Assembly (NCBI GenBank): GCA_050953105.1
Contig: JBMNMA010000007.1
Location: 130,461-194,460, forward strand
Length of the DNA: 64,000 nucleotides
Source: Eubacteriales bacterium
Lineage (GTDB): Bacteria; Bacillota; Clostridia; Oscillospirales; CAG-382
Direction: 5' to 3'
In this document: positions 37,687-46,045 of the stretch, piece by piece
Layout: each line of letters begins with the position of its first letter
Numbering within the stretch: position 1 is the stretch's first letter
The notes under the pieces: generated by a model
What the model was told of the DNA's origin: nothing
Seen by the model: the letters and a program-made list of their open reading frames with translations, nothing else
Database searches by the model: none
Made by a program: the position numbers and the translations under genes

Positions 37687-38307
37687 ATGCTTAACAAAGA
37701 CGGACTTACCGAAGAGGAATTTTTAAAGCAATACGATCCGTCAAAGTGGGAGCGTCCCTCGGTTACGGTGGATGTGTTTTTGTATTGTGTCAAAACAGAA
37801 TCGGTTTTGCTTATAAAGCGGGGTAATCACCCCTTTATGGGTAAATGGGCGCTGCCCGGAGGATTTTTGGAACCTGACGAAACCGCCGAGGTTGGGGCAA
37901 AGCGGGAGCTGTTTGAGGAAACAGGGGTTAAGATAGAAACCGTAAAGCAGCTTTATACCTGCTCCGAACCAAAGCGGGATCCCCGCACCCGTATAGTTAC
38001 TGTGGTTTTTATGGCGTTCACCGACGACGAGTTTTCAAAAGCTGGGGACGACGCCGACGATTCGGCCTTTTTCAAAATAAAAAGGGAAGTTATCGAAGTA
38101 AAAGGCAATACCGAATCCGGGCGGATCAGATTAAGCTCCCAAAAGGAATTAATATCTTTTATATATAGGAAAGAAAACACTTCCTTGCCCTATCCTGCCG
38201 ATCCGGTTTTTGCCTGCTCAGGCGCAAACCGCCTTGCCGGTGACCACGCCGAAATTATTGCCAGAGCAATAGATTTTATCGAGGAATGGAAAAAGGGGCA
38301 GGCATAA
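37687..38307 (+). CDS. NUDIX hydrolase
   Basis: The Nudix box is GGFLEPDETAEVGAKRELFEETGV. Confidence 0.8.
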   Translation: MLNKDGLTEEEFLKQYDPSKWERPSVTVDVFLYCVKTESVLLIKRGNHPFMGKWALPGGFLEPDETAEVGAKRELFEETGVKIETVKQLYTCSEPKRDPRTRIVTVVFMAFTDDEFSKAGDDADDSAFFKIKREVIEVKGNTESGRIRLSSQKELISFIYRKENTSLPYPADPVFACSGANRLAGDHAEIIARAIDFIEEWKKGQA

Positions 38308-38328
38308 TAGATCAAAGATAGTAAGAAA

Positions 38329-38358
38329 ACGGGCGGAAAACTCCGCCCGTATTTGTTT
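38329..38358 (+). terminator. Terminator of the NUDIX gene
   Basis: Stem acgggcgga / tccgcccgt followed by atttgttt. Confidence 0.7.
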
Positions 38359-38429
38359 GATAAGTTATATTGCTCACTACGTTTGCAATTATATAAATTG
38401 ACCTTCCCTGCGGAAGGCTAATTTAATTG

Positions 38430-38461
38430 AAAAAAGCACTTGCATACGCAAGTGCTTTTTC
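38430..38461. terminator. Bidirectional hairpin; terminator of tRNA-Gln on the minus strand
   Basis: Stem agcacttgc / gcaagtgct, flanked by A5 and T5 runs. Confidence 0.75.
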
Positions 38462-38462
38462 C

Positions 38463-38539
38463 TGGCAGGGATAGCTGGATTTGAACCAGCGGATGCAGGA
38501 GTCAAAGTCCTGTGCCTTAACCAGCTTGGCGATATCCCT
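38463..38539 (-). tRNA. tRNA-Gln (anticodon UUG), encoded CCA
   Basis: The reverse complement reads agggata-tc-gccaagctggttaaggc-a-caggacttTTGactcctg-catc-cgctggttcaaatccagc-tatccct-g-cca. The D arm is near-identical to E. coli tRNA-Gln. Confidence 0.85.
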
Positions 38540-38552
38540 ATCCGACCGCTAA

Positions 38553-38581
38553 ATTATACTTTACATTTTGCTTTTTGTCAA
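38553..38581 (-). promoter_or_regulatory. Consensus sigma-A promoter of tRNA-Gln
   Basis: The minus strand reads ttgaca-17 nt-tataat, ending 13 nt upstream of the mature tRNA 5' end. Confidence 0.7.
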
Positions 38582-38765
38582 GTCTGAATTTATAACAGCC
38601 GCAATTTTTCCTTTTTTCTACTCTCATCCGGTAACACAAAAAAGCCGAAAAATGCCATAAATATAAGGAAAAAGCAATTTTGTCCCAGTATCATTGCAAA
38701 ACGGGGCAAGATGGTAAAATATTTAAAAATATGTAATTTTGATTAAAGAATTTCTACTTTTCCTA

Positions 38766-38795
38766 TTGACAAACCCCCATTGATGATGTTAAGAT
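38766..38795 (+). promoter_or_regulatory. Putative promoter upstream of the small TM ORF and pilus operon
   Basis: ttgaca (38766-38771), 18-nt spacer, taagat (38790-38795). Confidence 0.4.
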
Positions 38796-38870
38796 GTTAG
38801 GGAAATAATGGCCTATTATTTTGTTTGTTGCTGAAAATATCGAATTTAAGAAGTAAATGGAGGAATTAAA

Positions 38871-39017
38871 ATGGCTGAAAAAGACACCAAGAAAGAAGTC
38901 AAAAAAGAAACGAAACAGTCTTTTTGGTTGAAGCGCATCTCAACTCCTGTGGGTCTGATAATCCTGTTTGCCGAACTGGCACTTGCGGTCGGAATCGGCC
39001 TTGTGGTTTGCCTGTAA
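38871..39017 (+). CDS. Unannotated 48-aa tail-anchored membrane peptide (below the ORF-track cutoff)
   Basis: Translation is MAEKDTKKEVKKETKQSFWLKRISTPVGLIILFAELALAVGIGLVVCL. The strong RBS GGAGG lies 8 nt upstream. The N-terminus is Lys-rich and there is a single C-terminal TM helix. Confidence 0.5.
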   Translation: MAEKDTKKEVKKETKQSFWLKRISTPVGLIILFAELALAVGIGLVVCL

Positions 39018-39064
39018 AAAGCATTACTGCTACATAACCGAGTAAATTAAACAAAATACCACAA

Positions 39065-39093
39065 GGAAACCCCCATTTTGGATGGGGGTTTCC
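39065..39093 (+). other. Stable 11-bp hairpin in the leader between the small ORF and the pilin gene
   Basis: Stem ggaaaccccca / tgggggtttcc with loop ttttgga. No clear T-run follows, so it may be an attenuator, a processing or stabiliser element, or a weak terminator. Confidence 0.5.
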
Positions 39094-39142
39094 GCAAATT
39101 ATCGCAAAATAATGTAAAACCCTGGGAAACGGGGGAACTCCA

Positions 39143-39820
39143 ATGAAAAATCTGCTTGCAATGAGCGCCCGCCGGGGCTTTACTTTAGTGGAGCTGGTGG
39201 TTACCATGGCGCTGGTGGTTACCATTTCGGCAACCGCCATCGGCATTGTGGTGATAACTTCCAAAACAGTAGGCACCGGTGAAAATCTTTATGCCCGCAT
39301 AACCGAACTTCGAAACACCAAAACCGCCGTTATACTTTGGGCAACCTCCTTTGATGATGCCGAAAACACCCTTGTGGTGGAAAACAACCGTCTTTCGGTC
39401 ATAAACAGCAAAGGGGAGGAAGTTGCCTTTTTAGCCATTGACGGCGGAAGGCTGTATCTGGCCAAAAATATATCCGCCGGGGACAGCTTGGATGGCGAAG
39501 ATGTGCAAAGCAACGAGATGGGTGAAACTAAATTTACCGTAATAAAATCCGCATCATTTGAACTCTTGAATAAAATTCAAAGTGATGAAGGCGGCGAAAA
39601 CAACGATAACAACGATAACAGCGAAATAGATGATGACGGTGAAAGCTTCGATGCCGGTGAAAATGATGAAATTCCAACCGACACAAACTCCAAACCTGAT
39701 GTATCCGGCAATCTGATAAAGTGCACCATCACCTACACCTATGAAAACGGGGAGGATATTTACACCTTTGTGTTTGTCCTCCGTGCGGCAGAATGTATTG
39801 CCGAAACATCCGACGGTTAA
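39143..39820 (+). CDS. Type IV pilin / pseudopilin (major pilin candidate)
   Basis: The class III signal is MKNLLAMSARRG|FTLVELVVTMALVV with Glu at +5. An acidic insert, GGENNDNNDNSEIDDDGESFDAGENDE, is present. Confidence 0.8.
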   Translation: MKNLLAMSARRGFTLVELVVTMALVVTISATAIGIVVITSKTVGTGENLYARITELRNTKTAVILWATSFDDAENTLVVENNRLSVINSKGEEVAFLAIDGGRLYLAKNISAGDSLDGEDVQSNEMGETKFTVIKSASFELLNKIQSDEGGENNDNNDNSEIDDDGESFDAGENDEIPTDTNSKPDVSGNLIKCTITYTYENGEDIYTFVFVLRAAECIAETSDG

Positions 39821-39871
39821 ATAAACAATATCACACAAGACTTTTGGCTTAAAATGTGATAGGAGAAATCC

Positions 39872-41479
39872 ATGGCTGAAAAAAACCCCAATCAATCACC
39901 CGAAAAGACCGGTCTTAACGCCAGTGACTTTTACACCGTGGACTACGGCCTTGAGGGAGATATAACCTTAACCGACATTACCCCCCTACCTCCCCTAGAC
40001 GATGAGGGAAAAGGCAAGGGCCAAAAAGGGGGAAAAAGGTCGAAAACCGGAAAAAAAGACAAATCTAAATCCAAGGAAGACGGTATAGATGCCGACATCT
40101 ACGGAGAAAACGACGGGGAGGGTTTTACACCCTCTGCCGATATTTCCGTTTCTTCCGGTGAGGAAGGGAAAAAGAAAAAATCCTTACTACCCTTCAAGTC
40201 AAAGGCGGCAAAGCGGCCGGTTCCCAAGATAAAGTGGCAAAAGGATTTGTCCTTTGCAGGAATACTTTTAAATAAGATCAAGGCATCCCACCCGGCAATA
40301 ATCGTTGGCGTGGACATGCATGCCAAAACAATAAATATCATGGACATTAAGGGGACAAACGGCAAAACCGCCCATGTAACAAGGGTGCCCTTTAAGGAAA
40401 ACCCCGAGGATGATAAGTTCTTTGACTTGCTTTCCGGGGCACTAATGGAGTTTGCCAAATCCAGGCCCCCCGAAAAGTCATTGAACTTTTATATAATACT
40501 CCCAGACAACTGCGCGGCGCTGGACATTATCACCATACCCGCCATAAGCAAAAAGCGGGTGCAGGAATCCTTGGAAATAAATATTTCCGAAACCTATAAG
40601 GATATAAACGCCCTGCGGATGTCCTGCTCCACCGTGGTGTCCTCCAACCGGATGGTTACCTATACCCTTACGTCAATACGCAAAAAGCTGCTTCAAAACT
40701 ACAAGCAGGCTCTTGAGCGTGTAAAAATGTCCCCCAAGGTATTCACCTTTTCGGCGGCGGCGACGCTAAACAGTGTGTTTGCCCTTCAGTCCCGCAACCG
40801 GGGCAGGTCCTTTGTGTTTATGGACGTAAAGAAGCACACCACCCGGTTTATAATCGCTGCCAAGGGAAAGCTGGTGGGATTTTACAACCACCCCATAGGC
40901 TATGACATTCTAAAGCCCGACCGGGTGGTAAACGAATACACCCTTTATAACCACGACATAGCTGAACTTGCGGTGTTAAACGCCGAGGAAAAGGCAAAGC
41001 GTAAAGAGTTAACCCTCCTTGATGCCGAGGCTGAGGAGGATAGCGAATCCTTCCTCAACCAGGTGTTGGGGGTAGGAACGGAAATTCCGGCCGATGCACC
41101 CACTCAGAACGAAGCAAAAAAAACACCCAAGGTGCTTCTTAAAAAGACCCCCAAGCGGCTGCCGAAATTTATGCTCCGTCCCGAACCCGAAACACCGGAG
41201 GGGATGATAGCCGAAAACTTCCGCATACTGCTTAAATGGGCCCTCCTTTTGGTGCGTTCCAACAAGGGGCTGGGAAAAGGCTGCGACCCGGAATATATCC
41301 TTGTCAACATTCCGCCCCAGTTTGCCTTTGTAATAGATGAGGTTAACAAAGAGAAAAAGGAAAACGGAATAGAATTTCGTAAATTTACCACCGACCATAT
41401 AAGCCCCAAGGTTTCGGCCAATTTGGAACTGTATGGCGCCGTATATACCGACACATACAATCTCCAGCACAACTTTTAA
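39872..41479 (+). CDS. PilM-like (actin-like ATPase fold) pilus assembly protein with a ~125-aa polybasic disordered N-terminal extension (tentative)
   Basis: After a Lys/Gly-rich region, the segment AIIVGVDMHAKTINIMDIKG resembles the phosphate-1 start of PilM/FtsA-like proteins. Position within the pil operon supports this. There is no TM helix. Confidence 0.45.
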   Translation: MAEKNPNQSPEKTGLNASDFYTVDYGLEGDITLTDITPLPPLDDEGKGKGQKGGKRSKTGKKDKSKSKEDGIDADIYGENDGEGFTPSADISVSSGEEGKKKKSLLPFKSKAAKRPVPKIKWQKDLSFAGILLNKIKASHPAIIVGVDMHAKTINIMDIKGTNGKTAHVTRVPFKENPEDDKFFDLLSGALMEFAKSRPPEKSLNFYIILPDNCAALDIITIPAISKKRVQESLEINISETYKDINALRMSCSTVVSSNRMVTYTLTSIRKKLLQNYKQALERVKMSPKVFTFSAAATLNSVFALQSRNRGRSFVFMDVKKHTTRFIIAAKGKLVGFYNHPIGYDILKPDRVVNEYTLYNHDIAELAVLNAEEKAKRKELTLLDAEAEEDSESFLNQVLGVGTEIPADAPTQNEAKKTPKVLLKKTPKRLPKFMLRPEPETPEGMIAENFRILLKWALLLVRSNKGLGKGCDPEYILVNIPPQFAFVIDEVNKEKKENGIEFRKFTTDHISPKVSANLELYGAVYTDTYNLQHNF

Positions 41480-41489
41480 GGAGGATGAC

Positions 41490-41924
41490 ATGAAAAAGCA
41501 TTCCTCAAAAAAAGGCGTTTCGGTGGTGGAAGCGGTTATCGCCATGGCACTGATTTCGATTGTGGCGTCGGCCTCCTTTACCGCAATAACCGCCTCAATA
41601 AGGACAAATGCCAGAGCAGTGATGCGTTTTAAGTCTATAAGTATTGTGGGCGACTGCCTTGAATGCTTTAAATATTCCGACACGCCGGAGGAATTTGAAA
41701 AATCCCTTGAATTTGCCGGAATGGTAAAGGATGTTGATTATAGCTTCTTGAATTTTCCCGTAGGTTCTAATGCCTATTTATATATTTTCAACCAAGGGGA
41801 ATATCAGGTGGTTGTAACTATCAACTGGGAAAGCGGCGAGTTTAACGCCTCTGCCACCACATCGCAAGAAGAAGTGTTCTACACCTTCGGTGACGGTTCG
41901 GACGGTTATATAAAGGGGGGTTAA
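41490..41924 (+). CDS. Minor pilin / pseudopilin
   Basis: MKKHSSKKG|VSVVEAVIAMALISIV with Glu at +5. RBS is GGAGG. Start is at 41490, not 41433. Confidence 0.7.
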   Translation: MKKHSSKKGVSVVEAVIAMALISIVASASFTAITASIRTNARAVMRFKSISIVGDCLECFKYSDTPEEFEKSLEFAGMVKDVDYSFLNFPVGSNAYLYIFNQGEYQVVVTINWESGEFNASATTSQEEVFYTFGDGSDGYIKGG

Positions 41925-41927
41925 GTT

Positions 41928-42293
41928 ATGCGAAGGCTGTTAAAAATCTCTCAAAAGGCCAGACGTGGAATGGCCATTGAAACCGCTATCTACACCATGG
42001 TGGTGGTATTTATAATGATATCCACCATTATGTATGTGGCGGTCAATATGGTTAAGGACGATATAACCAACAACGACGCTTTTATTGAAAAATATGCCGC
42101 CATCGACCAGATAGGGGAGGAATTTGTTGCCAATGTCTTTGGCGACGGAGAATTTGACGAAAACGCCTATACGGGGTATCTGGTTACGGTAACCGATAAT
42201 AACCTTGAGGTTGTGGTTGTGGAATCTTCCACCGGGAAGACGGTTCTTGTGGTAAAAATCGATAACGGAAAAGTCGTCAAATGGACGCATTAA
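41928..42293 (+). CDS. Minor pilin-like protein (atypical signal)
   Basis: MRRLLKISQKARRG|MAIETAIYTMVVVFIMI has a hydrophobic helix after Gly, but Glu is at +4 rather than +5. Confidence 0.5.
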   Translation: MRRLLKISQKARRGMAIETAIYTMVVVFIMISTIMYVAVNMVKDDITNNDAFIEKYAAIDQIGEEFVANVFGDGEFDENAYTGYLVTVTDNNLEVVVVESSTGKTVLVVKIDNGKVVKWTH

Positions 42294-42303
42294 GGAAGAT
42301 TAA

Positions 42304-43089
42304 ATGATTACTGTTGTATATATTTTAACCGCCGTTCTGGCCCTCTGCATAGGAAGCTTTTTGAATGTGGTAATATACCGGGTGCCGGAGGGAAAGTCGG
42401 TTGCCTTCCCCCCTTCCCATTGCCCCAAATGCCAAAACCAGATTAAGTGGTATGACAATATTCCCGTATTGTCTTATATATTCCTGCGTGGAAAATGTAG
42501 AAACTGCGGGAAAAAAATATCATTACAGTATCCCGCCGTGGAGCTTGCAAACACACTGCTTTGGATACTTTGCGTTTATATGTTTTGGGAAAAGTCGCCT
42601 GTCTATGCCTTGATATGCATGGCCATCTGCTCGGTATTTATCTGTATTTTTGTTATAGACATTCACTGTCATTTGATTTTTTACCGCTTTCAGATATCGC
42701 TTTTTGTTTTAACAGCGGCATCTGTTTTAACAAAGCAGGGCCCGTCGTTAACCGACCGTCTTATAGGCTTTGGTGCCGGGGCGGTGGTGTTAACCCTTAT
42801 TTATCTCACCTTCCTTGTGATTATAAAACGGGAGGGATTAGGCATAGGCGACATTATATTAATTGCCACAAGCGGACTGTTAACAGGCTGGCAGGGGCTT
42901 ATTCTGGTTATGCTTATATCCTCTGTTTCCGCTTGCTTTGTGCTTTTGGCTGTGCGAATAGCCAGTAAAAAGCACGACCGCTTTGCCGAATACCCCTTTG
43001 CCCCCTTTATTGTGTTTGCCGATCTTATGACATTGTTTTTCGGCGGGCAGATTATTGAATCTTATCTGCGTTTAGTGATCGGAGGTTAA
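42304..43089 (+). CDS. pilD: Prepilin peptidase (A24 family)
   Basis: The N-terminal segment is IGSFLNVVIYR with the CPKC...CRNC zinc pairs. The motif GLGIGDIIL contains a catalytic Asp. The protein is polytopic. Confidence 0.9.
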   Translation: MITVVYILTAVLALCIGSFLNVVIYRVPEGKSVAFPPSHCPKCQNQIKWYDNIPVLSYIFLRGKCRNCGKKISLQYPAVELANTLLWILCVYMFWEKSPVYALICMAICSVFICIFVIDIHCHLIFYRFQISLFVLTAASVLTKQGPSLTDRLIGFGAGAVVLTLIYLTFLVIIKREGLGIGDIILIATSGLLTGWQGLILVMLISSVSACFVLLAVRIASKKHDRFAEYPFAPFIVFADLMTLFFGGQIIESYLRLVIGG

Positions 43090-43093
43090 CCTA

Positions 43094-44302
43094 TTGCCCA
43101 AGTATAAATACGTTGCGGTCAATATAAATAAAGTAAAATTCACCGGCACTTTCATTGCCGAAAATGAAAAGGACCTGGCTGTCCAGCTTGCAAAGCAGAA
43201 TTTATATCTGGTGTCATGTACCCAGGTCAAAAGAGCTTCGCCCAGCAACTTCTTTTCGGTTACCGGTAAAGTAAAACTGAATGAAATAACCACCTTCTGC
43301 CGCCAGTTTTCAATAATGATAAACGCTGGTATATCGGTGGTAAATTCCATCGGGATTTTAAAAAACCAAAAATATACGTCTTATTTTAAAAGCATTCTCG
43401 ACGTGGTTTATGACGATATAAAAGGCGGCTTGTCCTTGTCGGAAGCCATGAAAAAGCATGACAAGGTGTTCCCCAACTTTTTCAGATCAATGGTTTATGT
43501 GGGTGAAATAAGCGGTCAGCTTGACAGGGTGCTGCTTTCCCTTGCAGACTATTACGAAAAAGACAGGGAAATAAAGAAAAAAGCAAAATCGGCATTGATT
43601 TACCCTGGAATACTTTTATCCCTTACGGTTGTCATAGTCGTTATAATGCTCGTTTACGTAATTCCCACCTTCCGCTCTGCTCTTGAGAATATGGAAGTGG
43701 AAATGCCGGCGATAACCGCGACAATTTATGCCATGTCCGACTGGCTTCTTGCCAACTGGAAGTATTTGCTTCTCGGAGCATTCCTGTTTGTGTTTCTTAT
43801 AATGGCGTTTAAGAAAACCAAAAAGGGAACATACTTTTTCGACACTATTAAGCTGAAAATCCCGATATATAGAAAGGTTCAGATAAACCTTATTACATCC
43901 CGGTTTGCCCGGGGTTATGCATTGCTTTTATCAAGCGGTATGGACGTGGTGGAAGCAATGGAAACCATGTCGCTGGTGTTGGGCAATACCAATGTAGAAA
44001 AGCGGTTTAAAAAAGCGGTGGAGGAAGTCCGGCTGGGCAACACCATAACCGGATCCCTTGGGGCATACGATATGTTCCCGGACATACTGCTGCAAATGGT
44101 GGCGGTAGGGGAAAAAACCGGTACGCTCAGCGAGGTTTTAACCAGGGCCTGTACCTACTTTGACGACCAGGTGGATTCCTCCCTTTCTGCGCTTACGGCC
44201 ATGCTCCAGCCCATACTGATTACAATTTTGGGCGGTTCGGTGGGAACCCTCTTTTACGCCATATATGCGCCGATGATATCAATAATGCAAACCTATCTAT
44301 AA
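43094..44302 (+). CDS. pilC: Type IV pilus platform protein (GspF/PilC family)
   Basis: It has two T2SSF repeats (FCRQFSIMINAGISV; FARGYALLLSSGMDV) and three TM segments. Start codon is TTG. Confidence 0.9.
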   Translation: MPKYKYVAVNINKVKFTGTFIAENEKDLAVQLAKQNLYLVSCTQVKRASPSNFFSVTGKVKLNEITTFCRQFSIMINAGISVVNSIGILKNQKYTSYFKSILDVVYDDIKGGLSLSEAMKKHDKVFPNFFRSMVYVGEISGQLDRVLLSLADYYEKDREIKKKAKSALIYPGILLSLTVVIVVIMLVYVIPTFRSALENMEVEMPAITATIYAMSDWLLANWKYLLLGAFLFVFLIMAFKKTKKGTYFFDTIKLKIPIYRKVQINLITSRFARGYALLLSSGMDVVEAMETMSLVLGNTNVEKRFKKAVEEVRLGNTITGSLGAYDMFPDILLQMVAVGEKTGTLSEVLTRACTYFDDQVDSSLSALTAMLQPILITILGGSVGTLFYAIYAPMISIMQTYL

Positions 44303-44341
44303 TAGCGCATTATTCCTAAATTTCAGGATAGGTGAATTTAA

Positions 44342-46030
44342 ATGAATATAAATTTCGATATATTTCAGTATTTTGTCTATAAAAAGCTTTTAAAACGCAA
44401 AGACGCCGACGAGATGCTGGTGGAATGCACCCGTTTGGGGCTTACGCCGGAGGAATATCTCAAAAAGAAGGAGCTGGTTACCGAGCTTGAGGAGGTAACC
44501 ACCCTTGCGGAATATTACAACCTTCCCACCGTTCAGGTGGACATGCTTGACATAGACAAATCCCTGCTTTCTAATTTTACCTACGAATTTATGCGTAAGC
44601 ATAAGTTTTTGCCCGTTTCAATAGACAAAAACGGTGTTTTGCTGGTGGCCATAGGCAAGCCCTTATCCTGCTCCGCCCTTTCCATGATATCCACCTTCTA
44701 TTCGGGGTTTATGGATTTTATTTACGTTCCCCCCACCCAGATAGACGTGTATATCGACTCGATTGTGGCGGTTATCCAGACGGCCAAGGCACTTCATGCC
44801 ATCAGCCAGCCGGATACTAACAAACCGCAAGAGAAGGTAACATCCACCGTAGACGGCCTTCAGGATGAGGACGATGTATTAAGCAATCCCGCCGTCCGGC
44901 TGGTTGACTCGATTATTAAAGAGGCCATACCCTCCCGGGCCAGCGATATTCATGTAGAACCATTTGCCTCGGTGGTTAAGGTCAGATACCGTATTGACGG
45001 CTCGTTACGTGACCGGGCGGAATTTCCCATAGAGGCCTATGGGGCAATTTGTGCCAGAATGAAAATTTTATCAAACATGAATATAGCCGAGCGGCGTATA
45101 CCCCAGGACGGGCGTATCCACCAGACAATAAACGGCAAGGAATACGACTTCCGTGTGTCCTCCCTCCCCACCATTTACGGTGAAAAGTTTGTTATACGAA
45201 TTTTGGACAAATCCTCCTTCTATTTCACCCGTCAGGATTTGGGATTTACTCCGGAGGAAAATATCCTTATTGATAAAGCCCTTGCCCGGCCTAACGGCAT
45301 AATATTACTGACCGGACCCACCGGCTGCGGCAAATCCACCACCCTTTACTCCTTCTTAAAGGAAATAAATAAAGCTGACGTTAACATTATTACGGTAGAA
45401 GACCCGGTGGAATATACCATGCCGGGGATAAACCAGGTTCAGGTCAACACAAAAGCAAACCTCACCTTCGCCTCGTCACTAAGGTCTATACTCCGTCAGG
45501 ACCCCGACGTTATTATGATAGGTGAGATTCGTGACGAAGAAACCGCCCAGATAGCCGTCAGAGCGGCCATAACCGGCCACCTTGTTTTCTCCACACTCCA
45601 TACCAACGATGCACCGGGTGCCATAACCCGTCTTATTGACATGGGTACGGTAAGTTACCTCCTTGCCGATGCGCTGGTGTGCGTTATCGCCCAACGACTT
45701 GTTAAAAAGCTCTGCCCCGCCTGTAAAAAGAAGGGAAAAACCAATGCTCAGGAAATGGAGATATTAAAGCTTGACGAACCCGCAACCATCTGCCGCCCCG
45801 TAGGCTGCCAGTTTTGCGGTAATTCAGGCTATCGGGGAAGGCTTGGGGTGCACGAGATAATGTATATAAACGAAACACTCAGGGACGCCATTGTAGGTGG
45901 CATTAGCATTGAGGATTTAAGAAAGCTTGCAAAGGAACACGGCCTTGTTCCCCTTTGGGATTCCTGCCGTAACTTTGTTCTCCAGGGACTTACCTCCATT
46001 GACGAGCTTAAAACACTAAACATAGAATAA
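44342..46030 (+). CDS. pilB: Type IV pilus assembly ATPase (GspE/PilB family)
   Basis: Walker A GPTGCGKSTT, Asp box, Walker B VIMIGEIRD, His box TGHLVFSTLHTN, and the tetracysteine motif CPAC...CQFC. An N-terminal T2SSE_N-like domain is present. Confidence 0.95.
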   Translation: MNINFDIFQYFVYKKLLKRKDADEMLVECTRLGLTPEEYLKKKELVTELEEVTTLAEYYNLPTVQVDMLDIDKSLLSNFTYEFMRKHKFLPVSIDKNGVLLVAIGKPLSCSALSMISTFYSGFMDFIYVPPTQIDVYIDSIVAVIQTAKALHAISQPDTNKPQEKVTSTVDGLQDEDDVLSNPAVRLVDSIIKEAIPSRASDIHVEPFASVVKVRYRIDGSLRDRAEFPIEAYGAICARMKILSNMNIAERRIPQDGRIHQTINGKEYDFRVSSLPTIYGEKFVIRILDKSSFYFTRQDLGFTPEENILIDKALARPNGIILLTGPTGCGKSTTLYSFLKEINKADVNIITVEDPVEYTMPGINQVQVNTKANLTFASSLRSILRQDPDVIMIGEIRDEETAQIAVRAAITGHLVFSTLHTNDAPGAITRLIDMGTVSYLLADALVCVIAQRLVKKLCPACKKKGKTNAQEMEILKLDEPATICRPVGCQFCGNSGYRGRLGVHEIMYINETLRDAIVGGISIEDLRKLAKEHGLVPLWDSCRNFVLQGLTSIDELKTLNIE

Positions 46031-46045
46031 CGGGGAAGGCGTAAT

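Noticed and set aside
33090-38307. The trmL-mnmE-mnmG-rsmG block, considered as a marker of a nearby replication origin.
   Set aside because: No dnaA, dnaN or parAB genes are present in the window. I found no cluster of DnaA-box-like 9-mers (ttatccaca or its complement) in the flanking intergenic regions; there is only an isolated 8/9 match inside a CDS near 29112.
39018-39142. A c-di-GMP or other riboswitch in the pilin leader, by analogy with Clostridial pilA1 control.
   Set aside because: The leader holds only one simple hairpin, and I cannot recognise the conserved features of GEMM-type or other riboswitch classes by eye. This would need an Infernal/Rfam scan, so it is kept only as a generic leader-hairpin observation.
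38899-39276. A 125-aa minus-strand ORF spanning the leader and start of the pilin gene.
   Set aside because: It is antisense to a well-supported pilin N-terminus and to the small RBS-preceded ORF. It has no RBS, and its Val/Thr/Met-rich sequence mirrors the pilin hydrophobic helix.
41009-41683. A 224-aa minus-strand ORF, plus many other long antisense ORFs (for example 24561-25175, 53620-54228, 60079-60780, 34335-34919 and 22394-22996).
   Set aside because: All lie entirely inside strongly supported genes on the opposite strand. They have odd composition and no ribosome-binding sites, which is typical of shadow ORFs.
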